Positions 22,553-35,464 of a DNA stretch of 64,000 nucleotides are shown one piece after another (the first letter of the stretch is position 1; every line of letters starts with the position of its first letter). The translations under genes and the position numbers were made by a program. Source of the DNA: Ophelia neglecta (taxonomy: Eukaryota). Location of the stretch: NCBI GenBank assembly GCA_965285935.1, contig OZ260662.1, positions 85,374,001 through 85,438,000 of the forward strand. The letters run 5' to 3'. The notes beneath the pieces are model-generated. The model was not told where the DNA came from, searched no databases, and saw nothing but the letters and a program-made list of their open reading frames with translations.

Positions 22553-25500
22553 TTACACGGGTTCTTGTTGTTCGTATACGTTTGGGTCTTAGGCTAGTTG
22601 TCGTTCTTACAAACTCTTGCAGAGGTACCTTTAAAAGTACACGACAGGTTTATAGGTCAGAGGACTGGCTGTCTTCATTTTAGAACCCAAAATATTAGTT
22701 TGGCCATGCCCTCTCCGCACGAGCCTTGATAGGCCTGCTGATCATTAGGTAGGCCAGTGTTAACATATAGAACCTGTCGTGGTTGGCCCGGAGATAAGGC
22801 AGGTTATTCTTCCAGAATGTTTCTGACGAATGCTCGGGACTGAGGCTGGCGTGCCGGGAGATACTGCCGGAGTGTGTTTGCCCAGAGCTTGTGTTAACCT
22901 CGGTGGCGGTGATGAGATTAACCCCGCTCTCATCTGATCTCTTCTGTTTGTCTCTCCCAAACCGAGTAGCCGCCAGCCTAAAAGCCGAGACATCAAACCC
23001 GGTGTCAACACATGACGCCCCTAAACGCATTACAAGACTTTTACTTGATGTTAGATTGTGTGTAAACGTCTATTTCCCCTTCCCATTACCATTGGAGGTG
23101 ATTCCACCGACTTCACTGGCTGCACCAATAATCTAATAGTGATATTTCCCTAACTCTGATTGCCCGAGTGGAGCCATGGTCGGAGCAAACCGAGGCGACA
23201 AGAGTTGATGGAATCACAGCGGAGCTGGCCCAGAAATCAAATTTACCCGACTCACAGGATGGAAAATGTACAAAGGGTGGTGTTTGCACAAATCGAAAGG
23301 CGAAAATGCCTACAGTGCTAATGTGATGAACAACAACCGAGATTGCCCTGGCCACGATGGATGGCGCTTGAGTCATGCTTGCTGACTTCGGTTTCCCCGT
23401 TAGAACCATGCTCGGTGGTGCTGCTCCCTGTTTTCTCTTGAAACTTTACGGCGAGGTCGTGGGGTCATAAATGGCCAAAGAGGTCAACCCATGAAGAGGA
23501 GGGTCCACCTCAAGGGGCTACTACGTGAGCTCTTGTCACCTAGGTGATCACATCGGTGATTTCAAGTGGGCAGCAAAATCGAGAATGTTTCTATAACCTA
23601 ACTTAAATCATGACTAGAATCGGTGTAGATAAAATGCAAAGCATGTCTGGGCTATTATAGGAGCCATATTTGTTTCAGCTAGTAGTGCTGATAGTCCTAG
23701 GCCCTGCAGGGAAAAAAAAAATAAAAACCATGGCATTTTATTTAAAAAAAATTGATTATTTAAATACAAATAACTAAGACTTTAGGGTCTATATATTCCT
23801 TCTGTCATAATTCTTATTGTGAACTCAAAGGTTTAGAGAGTTTAAAGGTTTCCCCTGTGAGAAACATCCTGTACAGTGTACTTGAAGGCAACCAGAGACC
23901 CCGAGGTCGAAGGGTCCGGGACGCTTTTTGTCATAATTTCAGATTTTGAATCTCCTTCGGCCGCCAGCCAGTGATCTACTGGGACGCGTAGAAACCTCAT
24001 AATAATACGATAACGGTCCATCCTCTGAGGGAATAGCAGCAAACCTCGACCCACTATCAGATCTGCCCCTTCTCTACCCGGTGTCAGGAGATTTGCGCAT
24101 CTGCAACTGGCATCTTTTTAATATGCTTTGCTGTAAAAGGGGTGCTTTAGATTGTAAATCGAGAATATAAAACACCAATTCCGTGATATGTGTAATCGGT
24201 TCACACTTAAAGTTTCCTAGTTAACTGCGTTCTTCAAAGTAAAGATAAAGTGGATTCGGGGCAAATAAAGTGTATTTTGATAACCGATCAGTCTTATATA
24301 GCTCGCATATATAATGACCTGTCATGCATGTTTTCTGTAAAAAAAATATGCATTTAGGCCGACAAATATAGTAGATAACATAAGCTATTCAAATAATGGA
24401 GCCGCTATATGTTAAACAAACTTGGTTGCACATTGCCGATGAAGATTCAGCCTTTAATTTAAACAGATAGGCGTTTTGCATTTAAAAAATAATCAATTGT
24501 GAATAGTTTAAAAAACATTTTAGTCTGGATAGCCCATTTTATTACAGTTGTATAATGATACTAAATGGTGCCCAATTGATTCCGAGGTGTTTGTTGACAG
24601 ACTAAACACATTGCATTAGAATTGACAGCGCCATTGGCTAAAAACCATTAGGAAGTCATCTAGCAGTTTTTGACACTTAAAAAATCCATTTGCCTCAATA
24701 GCCCAATCCGTGACTCTATCTCTTCTAGACTGACTGACCATCAGTCCTTTACAGTGTCATATTCCGCCTCATTTCACTTTAATACGCTGAGCACCGTGAT
24801 TGTGATGGGGGCTAACCACACTCCCTACAAAGAGCAGACGAGAGGCGACCACCTTGGCCTCTCCTCTACAATACTGGGTTAACACATGTCCAGCACGGAT
24901 CGTTAGCCAAGGATATAATGGACACTCGACCCAGCGCTGTCCCCTTTTAAATCAGCTTGTTATCCCATTTGATTTTCACCTGCACAGGCCATCACAGTTG
25001 TCAGACGACCAACGGGGCTCATTGTGTCATCGATAGTCGACGAAATGTCGTCTGTCACGGCAAATCCTGGAGAAAGCAAACTATGATAGAGACAACCTGG
25101 TGTAAATGAAAAGTGCCATTTTATATTACAATAGCGCTGATCGCTAGAAGAGCATCGATTGTTTGTGGCCATGTTAGTTTGCCACCTTTGACTTGAAATC
25201 GACGAAAAAGATTTCATGCCTTTCAATTGATAATAAGAACGAGAAACCTGATCTCAATCCCATTAAACTACCACTGTGTCAGGAGATTTTACTGCTGATG
25301 AACGTCTCCATAGATAAATGTGAAATTGCACCAATACAAATAGGTTATATCTTTTACTGAACCCCAATACACAGCAAAAGTTTAAGGCTAGAAATAACGA
25401 CGACCAAATAAATTTAAGTGAACCGAAATACATTGTGTACGTTTAACACTGCCTCGCGGTCAAACCCCAGCCACTGTGGTACAGAAACCAATTTGTAGGG

Positions 25501-26960
25501 CTACCTACACCTAAATGTAACAACGAAGAATTAAGTGACAAATTCAATTTAAAGGAACTGGAGAAGATTTGTGTTATATGCGCCTCCCTCCCTCTGCGCC
25601 CCTCCCTCCCCCTCCCCCCAAGCCCGCCCCCACACCAACACCCATTAAAACTTTCAGACAAGGGTCAGTCATGTAAACCAGTGATACCTTTATATAGAAC
25701 ATTTCATTCTAATAACTAATTATGAACGGAGTGTATCCTAACCATCTGCCACAGAGCAGAACAGTTTCGGTTTGAATCCATAAAATGTTAACTGTCTGTC
25801 AGGGAAAGTCACCAGGCAAACTCGTAGGTCTTGTATAGTATTTGCAGTTTGCCAATGTTTTATTTTCCGATAATATGCCGCGTTATAAAATTTATTCGAT
25901 TTTCTTTGAGTTGCGAGGTCGTGTGCCTCGTACTGTTTGAATAACCGCCAACCAAGACAAACATTGTGTAATTATTTATGGAATTGAATAGCTGTCATAT
26001 GTGTAAAGGATTAATTCGTAGCACGAGACTCTCTGATACTCACACTGAATACATCTCCATGCTTTTACTGCAGGTAAATTGCGAAAATTGGCGTAAGGGC
26101 CTCAATCAAATACTCACAAATATATTGTTCTTGGTTAATTAATGAATGATATTAATTCTTAATATGTTGAATATGCTATAATGTGTGGAGATCAGGACGT
26201 GATGGGACTTTTGAGTATATAGCTGTGTAACCCACAATGACATTGTCAGCGTCGTTCTCACATCCCCAACAATCACTCACCAAGCAAATGTGATAGGACA
26301 ATTAAGACATAAATGACACCAAAAAAGTTGTTTTTCTACTCCAACTGAAACTCTAAAACTGTTTACATACATATGTACCGGGAAAGGTGTTTTAGATACA
26401 CAAGGTGGATTGTTGTTAGACCATCTAAATTGCGAATGACATATAAACTGAACCAGTCTTTAATGATCAAAATTCAGTTCGTAATTTATCGCAAACGGTA
26501 TAGAATGAAAAGATAATAGATATATCTATACCCTTAATTAGCCGAACAAAAGTGTCATGGCGTTGATGGTTGGCCTTCTTTTACAAGTCACGCGATGAAA
26601 GGTTTAAAAGTGTTTAGTGATATCATATTGGTTCAAGCCAGTGATCTGAATACCTTTAAAATATATACGTATGAGGCAGATTGTCAGGCCGGAAATCACC
26701 TGCCGGATGGAACTGTAAACTATAATGAGATTGTTAACCTTGTACTCAATAAAAACCAGACGTTCCCCACGAAGATTGTAACCGACTTACTTGTGAAATG
26801 CCCAGACAGGGAGATGTATCATTTTTCTATACATGTTATGTCTTTTATAATAGGACGGTTTTTATAGGCAGGTAAGCGTAGCCAATTACCGAGATCACCT
26901 GCCTACTGTCCCGCCTCTTTTTATGAAAAAATAACCTCTTACCTAGACCTGAAACTTAGT

Positions 26961-26971
26961 TGCAGTGATTT
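26961..26971 (-). promoter_or_regulatory. Consensus Gfi1/Senseless binding site AAATCACTGCA
   Basis: TGCAGTGATTT on + is the reverse complement of AAATCAC(A/T)GCA; ~3.9 kb upstream of the predicted Gfi TSS. Motif match only. Confidence 0.4.
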
Positions 26972-29900
26972 CTATTTTAGATGGACCGATAACTTTAAAG
27001 TTTACTTTTACAATTTGATTTATAGCCCGCTGCTGTCATGCAATACCAACGTAATAGTGTACGAGCTTTACAATTTTTTATTTTATGTTGGCTGTTCTCG
27101 AGTTTACTACATTTAGGACATTTACCTCATTACCGAAAGCAACTTATGTCCAAGTGATATCATTCGAAAGGTGCCAAGTATAGCATATAGATAGTTTTGA
27201 ATTCAACTAATTCTGATACTTATGTTTGGATCCCTTTTGCAAATTTTAAAGTAGTCCACATTCTAGACAATAACAAGTGTATCTTCAGAAGATGAATTAA
27301 TAATGTATATCCGCAAGTATTTTCTGAAAATCGGATGTACTAATGTTACATTATCTGCAAGTCATATATGTAAATCGTCAAGTTACAAACGAGTGCTTAC
27401 TGTCCGGAAAATGTAGCATTTAAATGGCGACAGAGACCTGACTGGGACACAGGTCATGTGAAGAATGTCTAACTCACTTTTTATTCAGTTGATATCTTGA
27501 ACACGGCACAAATGGGAACGGCGAGACTTTCTGTAATTGACGATACGATAATTTTGCTGAAATTATAAGAATGCATTTGGTAGTTTCAACTATACATATA
27601 AACTATAAATGTGTGTGTGTGTTTGTGTAAATATTTAAGCCTTTATTCATGATAAATTTGCATGTAATTGTGTGTGTTTTAGCTCTAGTTCACTCGTGAT
27701 AGATTACATGTAGAATGTTCTATTTGTTTCCATGTGGTATACTATACAAGCCTGCACCTCTAGCTTGTCTTCTGTCATTCAGAACGCAAAGGAGTATGAT
27801 GTCCGGAAACTTGAAAAGCAAATTCATGGCGATAGTGGTTATAATTTTCGCGCAAGCTTGTCAAAGGATTCGCAATTCTTCCTTATACACGTATATTCAA
27901 CCGACTTATGAGTATTGAACATAGGTCCTATAAGTTATGGTTACATTATTATATTTCAAACGCTTAAACAAATCTAAGACCAAGCAATGCTCAAAAAGCG
28001 CCAAGTAGGCCTAACATATAGATAAAAGATGAGATTCGACAATTCTGCTTGTAACAATATGCACACTTTTATTGACTAGAGGGTGTAGGTTATATGTGGG
28101 AAATCTTGCAAAAGTCTCGAGACTATTGTTCTTAAATCATTGACAAATCTTGTAAATTCCACTTATACATGTGAATCAACAGTTTTGTGTGGATAACATA
28201 CTGACGAATTAACCTTCACTGTAACTATTACGGTCGAAATTCCTTTAATAATTGACTTTCTTAGCGCATCAATCAATGCTTTAACAGGAGTCCACATGCA
28301 ATCCATACAACTAATTTAGTCAAAGGATCATAAATGAATCCTGAAGTTGTTAACCTTTCCGCGTAAATTTGTTTGCAAATGCTGCTTAAACAATGACAAC
28401 AAAATATCAAACGATTCCGTCTTGTGTGTCCTTAGATTTTACAACTTCCTCCTTCAGCCGCGAATTCTAATTGAAGAGAGATGCATTCATGCTTTAAGCA
28501 GTTTTGTAAGACAAGAGGATTTATATTAGTGCTGCCTAGTGGCCAGGAGTGTTCACACTTATTGTAGGCCCTGGTGATTTCTGTTTAGATCCTTGACATT
28601 TAGATCAAGAGAGTTTTGAATTTCCCGCCACGCTCTTTATGGTGCAGACGACTGCAGAAACCCCTGGACAATACACGCGTTACACAATCGATTTTGGCTC
28701 CTTTGTTTCATAATTGCGCTATAATTGTCGTTTGTACACTTCGATGATTTGCGTAAGCGGCCAGTCTTTTCCTTCATTGTTTCATCAATGTTTACCCACT
28801 AATTTGTATTTTATCATCTGTCAAATATGTACCACCAGTGGACTAATTATGATTTTCTTGCCTGTAATAAACTTTTGATTAACATCGACAATATCCCAAA
28901 ATATTTGCCCAAGTCTCCATCAAGCACCATTTAGATTCTTGTTCGGAAGCAGAGTGTCTTATTCAAATTATATGTTCAATCCTAAGATCGATTTTTATAT
29001 CATTATGTATACACAATTGTTATGAAATATTGATCCATTGGAACTTTTTCCATTCTATGAAATATTTATTCATAAATGCCTATATATGAGCCTGTATGTA
29101 CGTCGTACAGACTATTTTCCTACAAAACTCTGTCTTTAGTAAACGAGGTAACAAGTTTTTTTTCACGCTAGACCCCATTTCATCATACTTAATATTAATA
29201 AAACAAACTACACACATACGTTTCATTAAAAGTATCTAAAAGATGGGCGGGGATGGTTTTGAGGCAGAAGGATGTCTTGATCACCTCTATACAGTATGAT
29301 AAACGACCATCAATTATGGGTGACAGATATCTACACGAGACGTCTTTTGTTTGTATAGCTTTGAGTATGACTAGACTTTACAACTCGTATAGTGAGGTGC
29401 TGTCATTTTTCTTAACTACTTGATATATATTTCCGGTTAGGGTTGACTTTAATGACTTTTTTAATGTCTTAGAAATTGATTGTGAATGCTGTGTCATATT
29501 CAAGTACATTCTCGACCAATTTCAACGCATTTCCCTTCTTCTTCATTCCATAATTTACCGCCTTCAAAGTCAATTCAAGTTTGCGGCAGCACGTATACGT
29601 AGAAAGACCATTTCTTTAATGAATGTTCCTATAGCCCTAGTCTTCAATTAGCGTGTTTCTTGGATTTGAATTTTGTTGTATTGGTAAGTTAAGACTCTCA
29701 ATTTGTCAAATGTATACTAATTTCTTTAACGTAAGGGCACAAATAAGTCGTTAATTATTTGCGGTTCCTTTCATTTACTAGATTAAATCTGTTTGGTGAC
29801 CAGCGTTCGCTGACCAGCTTGGCCATTGCATCGGAATAGATCGGAAGATATATGAATATTAGAGGTTCCTTTATGAGAGGGGAGTGTTTAACACTAATAG

Positions 29901-30858
29901 CAGATCAATTAAACGTGTGTATCGGCGTCCATGCTGTGGGCGATCTGTCGTTTGTCTGTTGGTATGGTCAGCAGTTCACCAGTAGCCGAAGGGCCTCTGT
30001 CATTAGGCAGCAGTCGGAGGCATCTAAGAGTGGGTTGGTGGTGCCAGTTTGAAGGAGGGACGCCTCGGACAGGCTGACAGCTTCCCGGGTTTAAACGCCC
30101 CTTCCCGACGGGAGGGGGGCTCAAACAGCAGGGTCGCGTGTCCCATATCCATGCTCATACCTCACGTGGCAAAGGCCAAATTTGGCATCGCAACCCTCTT
30201 GCCCACCCGCACTCACGCCGAGCCCCCACCCCATCAATGGGCCCCCACCCCGCTCACCCCTCTAATAGCGGCCCTGATATGCCCGTAGGCATAGGACTGC
30301 CCGCCAAATTATCGAAATTAGCCCGGACTGAATGGAAGAAGTCGGACGAAAAGCGGCTGTTTGTGGTCACAGGGACAGCGTCTATGGCTCGTGCCTTGGC
30401 GATATGCTCCATTGTTCCTGGTCGCCGACCGAGAGCCGACTCCACAGACCAATTTCTTCTCTGGACATTCGATATCCATCTAATAGCCCGAGTAATGAAC
30501 GTAAAACTGACTGCCCCTGTCAGTAGCGTAAATAACAAATTAAATTATATACTCTTCTATGGCAAAATATCAACAGTAAAAGGCTTTTGGCCCTTTTGTA
30601 AGAAGACAATTGACTGTCCGGCGTCACGCCACTGCCATGGTTGCAGCCTGCAAAAGGCGGCCGGCTCCGCAGAGATCATTGTCGCCGCAGATGCATTGCC
30701 TCTGCGCGTGCGCGGCTGCGAGGATAATTGAAGGAGAATATAATTGGCTAGAATGGGACAAGCCCGCAGCAAATGATAGCGGCAGAAAACAAGATAATGA
30801 CTGGTAATAGCATATTTGGGAAGGCACTCTCAATGCCCGCCCCGTCCAGCGGTGTCGG

Positions 30859-30895
30859 TATAAAGGCTTCTCGGGTTCCACCAGGACTAGTTTTC
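30859..30895 (+). promoter_or_regulatory. Predicted Gfi core promoter: TATA box plus Inr-like element
   Basis: TATAAAG at 30859-30865 and CTAGTTT ~30 nt downstream, at the end of a GC-rich block (~29800-31050) and ~360 nt upstream of the SNAG ATG. Confidence 0.6.
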
Positions 30896-31248
30896 TTACG
30901 CCACGCGACCAGATCGTGCCTGCCGACTAGAGATCCTAGTCAGACGACCGACAGAGCTGTTTCCCGCCTCATCTCTCAACACTTGCCTTCTCGGCTCGGA
31001 GCAACACGGCCCTTGTACCGCTTTCATCAGACCCACTGAAACTCCTCGTCACCGGAACAGTTTTCGGGATCACCAAAAGGTGTGACTCTCAAACTTCTAT
31101 AGTCTAACACATCTTGCAGACATTCATCGATTGTCCTTGCAAGAATGCTTTGACTGGACTTATTCTGAAATCTTCAAACTAATTGGATTTCAAGACAGTT
31201 CTGGACTACTCTGCTCTTGTTTGTTTCTTGACTAAGTCTGTGAAGATG

Positions 31249-31363
31249 ATGCCAAGATCCTTCTTGTTGAAGAATGGCAAGAGACCCCACGCTCAGGAGA
31301 CTCTCGGTTTTACACCAGAGATGTGCAGCGCCTTCACCGTGGTCCAGCCAAAACGACACAGAG
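31249..31363 (+). CDS. GFI1: Gfi1/senseless-family zinc-finger repressor, coding exon 1 (SNAG motif)
   Basis: MPRSFLLK matches the Gfi1 SNAG start MPRSFLVK. Donor AG|GTAGGT at 31364, phase 1. An in-frame ATG also lies at 31246. Confidence 0.9.
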
Positions 31364-34309
31364 GTAGGTCTTTTGACTGTATCAATTATTATCGCCGGTT
31401 CATGTACCCCCCTTCCGCCATATCCCATCTGATTCTTTACTGGTAGAATCTTGATTTAGCCAAAGGGTTTGATATAGAAGTTGTTACACTGTTCCAGTGC
31501 ATGAGCTTATAATTATAGATTCTGATTTATTCTTGCGTACACCTCGTCTTATACGAATATAGCCTACTAGAGATACAATATTATTTGAAAGTTTTAACTT
31601 TTTGAAGACAGACCGGTAAGGACTGTAAGACAGCAGGCCTATGAGTCTGTAGCTCAAGAAAATGAGTGCTCGACAACTTAGCAAAGCGTGCTACAGTCTA
31701 AAATTATCAACATTATAGCCACAGGCTTAAATCCTTGAAATGTTTGGTAAATTTACAAGTATTTTCTGGTTAAGACGCCGGTTTGTAATTCAAAAAGGCC
31801 CACCTTGCAAGATTCTCACTTCACACAGTATTGTTTAAATTAATAGATGGGGTTTGCTTAAGGTTTTCCTATAGGGGCTAGATATAAACAACAAGGTATT
31901 GACCCCGCCCTTCCTTGCAGGGTGTCAGGAGATTTAGTTGTGAGGCTGTTGAGGTTCTCATGTTTCTTTGCTACCGTATCACCGGCAATGCCATGTTAAC
32001 CTATTGTAAAAGTAAACAAACTTTTCGGATATCGAGGCATATGTTGTGATCACCTGTACGATCGGAGCCGGTTCCCACAGACGCTAGGAACAATCTCCGC
32101 CCTCGTCGATACCGACTTCTTTATCATGGCCAAGCCAGTTAGCTTTGATAAGACTGTGATAATGTTATTCGAAATCACTAAATCTACTTCGATGAATGTA
32201 AACTTGAACATCGGTGGATTCGCACTGTTTTATAACCAATGGGTATATTGTACCTAATTGTACGCTGGTTGTTTTATCAAAAGTTGATACATTTATTTCA
32301 TGCAACCAGTCAATAAATAGACTCACCAATTATTATCTTGGTGTTTCTGAAACATTTCCATTTAGGTACTGTCTCCCCGTCGGGTGTATATACATGCTAA
32401 CATATATCTACTCGAAAATTTGAACGGGAACTTCACTGGTTTTCAATAGTTTCTTGACCGATCCCCTAATTAGGATATTTTATCAAAGAATCTCTTGAGA
32501 TTTAACAGAGCCGGTTCATTGATACAAGCCTGGGGCTCGGGCTGGTCTCTATTCATTGCTTGGGAAATAAAAATCTGGTCAGATAGATATAACAACAAAC
32601 GTATAACAGTGACAACTATTCACGAATCCGACATTTGTTGTGAAGCGCGATTTGGGACTTGTCTTAACAATTGACCCGCGTCCCTTTGGAAAACTTTCCA
32701 TGGTAGACAGGTGATTTTCAATTTAAAGGCTTTGTATCAAGATATGTCTTGAGCAATCTGGTCCAAATAGCCCCGGGCTATGATTACGTTCATCAAAGTG
32801 GGTGGGTGATGTCTTGTTCTTTCACGGCTAAATTGCAGAAGCTATTGTGTAAAGTTGTTCGCTGGAAATTAGCAGTCTTTTATACAGCCGGAGGATACGT
32901 CACGAGGTTGGCTTGGAAAAATAAATTATTTCCATCCCTTCAAATTATGTCTTTGTAGGAAGTCCACCTCCAATAAAATGACGGTGTCAATAGCCCAATT
33001 TCAAATTGGTGAAGGGCCTAATTGAAAACGAGATAACCTTACACCGTTTATTCACGAGTATATTTCATTCAAATTCGTACCATTTCTTGCGATTTCTATT
33101 CGCCTCTACCTTCAACTGTCTAGGTAAAAAGTGTGGTCTTCGATGCGTTTAAAGGCGACTCTTTCTTCGTTTACAAGTAGCCTATGTATGGGAATATTGA
33201 ATATTCTTATGATAGGTTGGTCTACCTTTTTGGCAGACGTCTTTAAATCACCGACGCCAAGTCTTGGCCTTATTCAGTTGATCGACGAAGTCCTCAAAAA
33301 TGGTATTATATACACAGCGATATCGACTTAACATTTCAGTTTTCCCCCAATAAATCAATTGTGGCGACAGACGACAATAAAATATGAGCTCATTAACGTC
33401 AAATGTTGACAATTTAACATGCATTAGCTAATGTAATTATAACTAACGGTATGTTTTAAGATAGAACGACCTGCCACTGACGTTAAGGAGACATTGCAAT
33501 GAAAGTAACAGTCTCTTTTTTCTTACTGTTACGTTTTTATAAAAGTGAACATCCTACTTTAACTCATTAGTCTGGCTACACATAATGCTTTATTAGATTC
33601 TCTTCCATCCTCACTTTGTACGTTTTGACAACACAATATTTGGTCGTTTTTTTTTTTTGCTCTGCTGAGAGGCGTCCTGACTGAGACATACACAGCTAAC
33701 TTAGACATACAGACACATGAGTGACAGGTATAGAGTCTTCTTGACTTGTTCAAGTAATGAATTTACTGTACTCTTTCATGCACTCTTCTGGGTAGAACTG
33801 ACTTTTTCTTTGCTCATGGGAAACCACTTCAAACATGAATGGTCAATGTTTCCGTCTTTTCGTAGGACGATTGCTCTTTTATGAGACTCCTGGCTCCTTG
33901 GTTTGTTATTTTGGGTTTGGAGAGAAATATGTGCCAGTGTCACGTGTGTTTTATTGTCATGTCATTAAAGGGTGCCTCTACTTTTATGCATACAATAATA
34001 TGTCATTTAGTATATTGGACATATTTGTTATAGATATATTTCTTGTGTTATTTATCTGTTAGGTCTACTGTTGTTTTCTCATTATCCGTAAGGTTGACCA
34101 ACTGATTTTTGTAGCATATGATTATACGTAAGACAGACCATTGATTTCTCCCCCTACACTTCTGCCTCTGTGCACCCATTGCTGGGACCTCCACTGCTCC
34201 CTACTCGGCCGCTCCCGGGATGTGCACACTGCCTCTCCCCTCTCGCCCCTTCCCGCCCTGGTCCCATGGCTGTTTGGTTCCAGCAGCACCCCGCCCTCCC
34301 CCACTCGTC

Positions 34310-34502
34310 CCCCGTGTTATCACGCTGTCGAGCCCGTGTCCTGTGGCTGTACAGTACCAGCGGCTCCCCTCCCTCCGAGCCTCCCTCCCTCACTCGCTCC
34401 CCGTGTTATCACGCTGTCGAGCCCGTGTCCTGTGGCTGTACAGTTCCAGCGGCTCCCCTCCCTCCGAGCCTCCCTCCCTCACTCGCTCCCCGTGTTATCA
34501 CT
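34310..34502. repeat. 89-bp near-perfect tandem duplication (~2.2 copies) in Gfi intron 1
   Basis: CCCGTGTTATCAC at 34311, 34400 and 34489. Confidence 0.92.
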
Positions 34503-35239
34503 CTACCGGGCCATTACTCTCCCTCTATTTGCGGCAATAAACGCCAGAAGAGGCCATTGATGCCGACACCATTGACCGGAGGCCGCTTGCCGCTCACTTG
34601 ATCACGATAATGTCCGTAATCCCATCAACTCCATGTTGAGCCGGGCTCCACTACGGGCCCGTTGAATTATCGGGCGGCCGGTAAAGTGCCGTGTTATTAG
34701 GCTCGGATATCCACCACTTATTGCTATTTAGTGAAGAGGTTTCATGTAGCTACAAATGAGAGACGAAACCTGACGTCCGCCGATCTCGAGGAAGTCCGGT
34801 TAGCATGATAAGACCAGATCGAATCAAGCGGCTCTCGCCAATAGGTCTCCATCTCGGCAAGGAAAAGCCGCAATTGATCAAGCTTCAATTTGCAAAGACA
34901 AACACAGAGTTTTCTGACCTGTCTGGCGAATTCATACCAAGAAACATAGCGTTCCAAATATGCCTAATTCTATACCCAAACCTTCATGCAATTTCTCTAA
35001 TAAAAATGTCGCGAACTGCACGTGAAAAATAATAGTTAAAAATTTTCACGCCAGTACTTTATAAACCTCCGAATCATTTATTTCTTGAAGTCTTCAGGCC
35101 TAAATTTTTGACCATACTATATTTATTTGATTCTACAATATATAAGTTGGAACTTATTGTATAAAATAAACTCCTGACTATCGCATCATTTCATATACTG
35201 ATTATATCAGTGTGCCTATATAATTATATTTGTTTTCAG

Positions 35240-35464
35240 ACGACAAGGAGCAGCCGTCTCCCCCTGAAGGAAGCCGCCTGCCGCCGTCAGCCCACCAGGC
35301 CATGGGTATGCCGCCTGCCTTCCCTTTCTACCCCAGCCTCCTGCTCCCCTACCCCAGCCTGTGGCCGTGTAAAGACTGGCCCAGTCCCGGAACGACACCG
35401 GCAGTCAACAGACATCCGGCACTAGACTGTAGCTACCTCTCACCACTCATGTCAGCACCCAAAG
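35240..35464 (+). CDS. GFI1: Gfi1/senseless-family coding exon 2 (Pro-rich)
   Basis: Acceptor tgttttcAG (35238-35239), donor AAG|GTAAAC at 35465; phase 1/1, 225 nt, open and GC-rich (DDKEQPSPPEG...PPAFPFYPSLLLPYPSLWP...SAPK). Confidence 0.8.

Noticed and set aside
22695-23409. Cluster of 80-110-aa ORFs in a GC-richer block
   Set aside because: No domain similarity or consistent splice structure recognised; more likely regulatory DNA.
30138-30731. 197-aa ORF upstream of Gfi
   Set aside because: GTG start, no recognisable domain, and it lies in the GC-rich promoter-proximal region.
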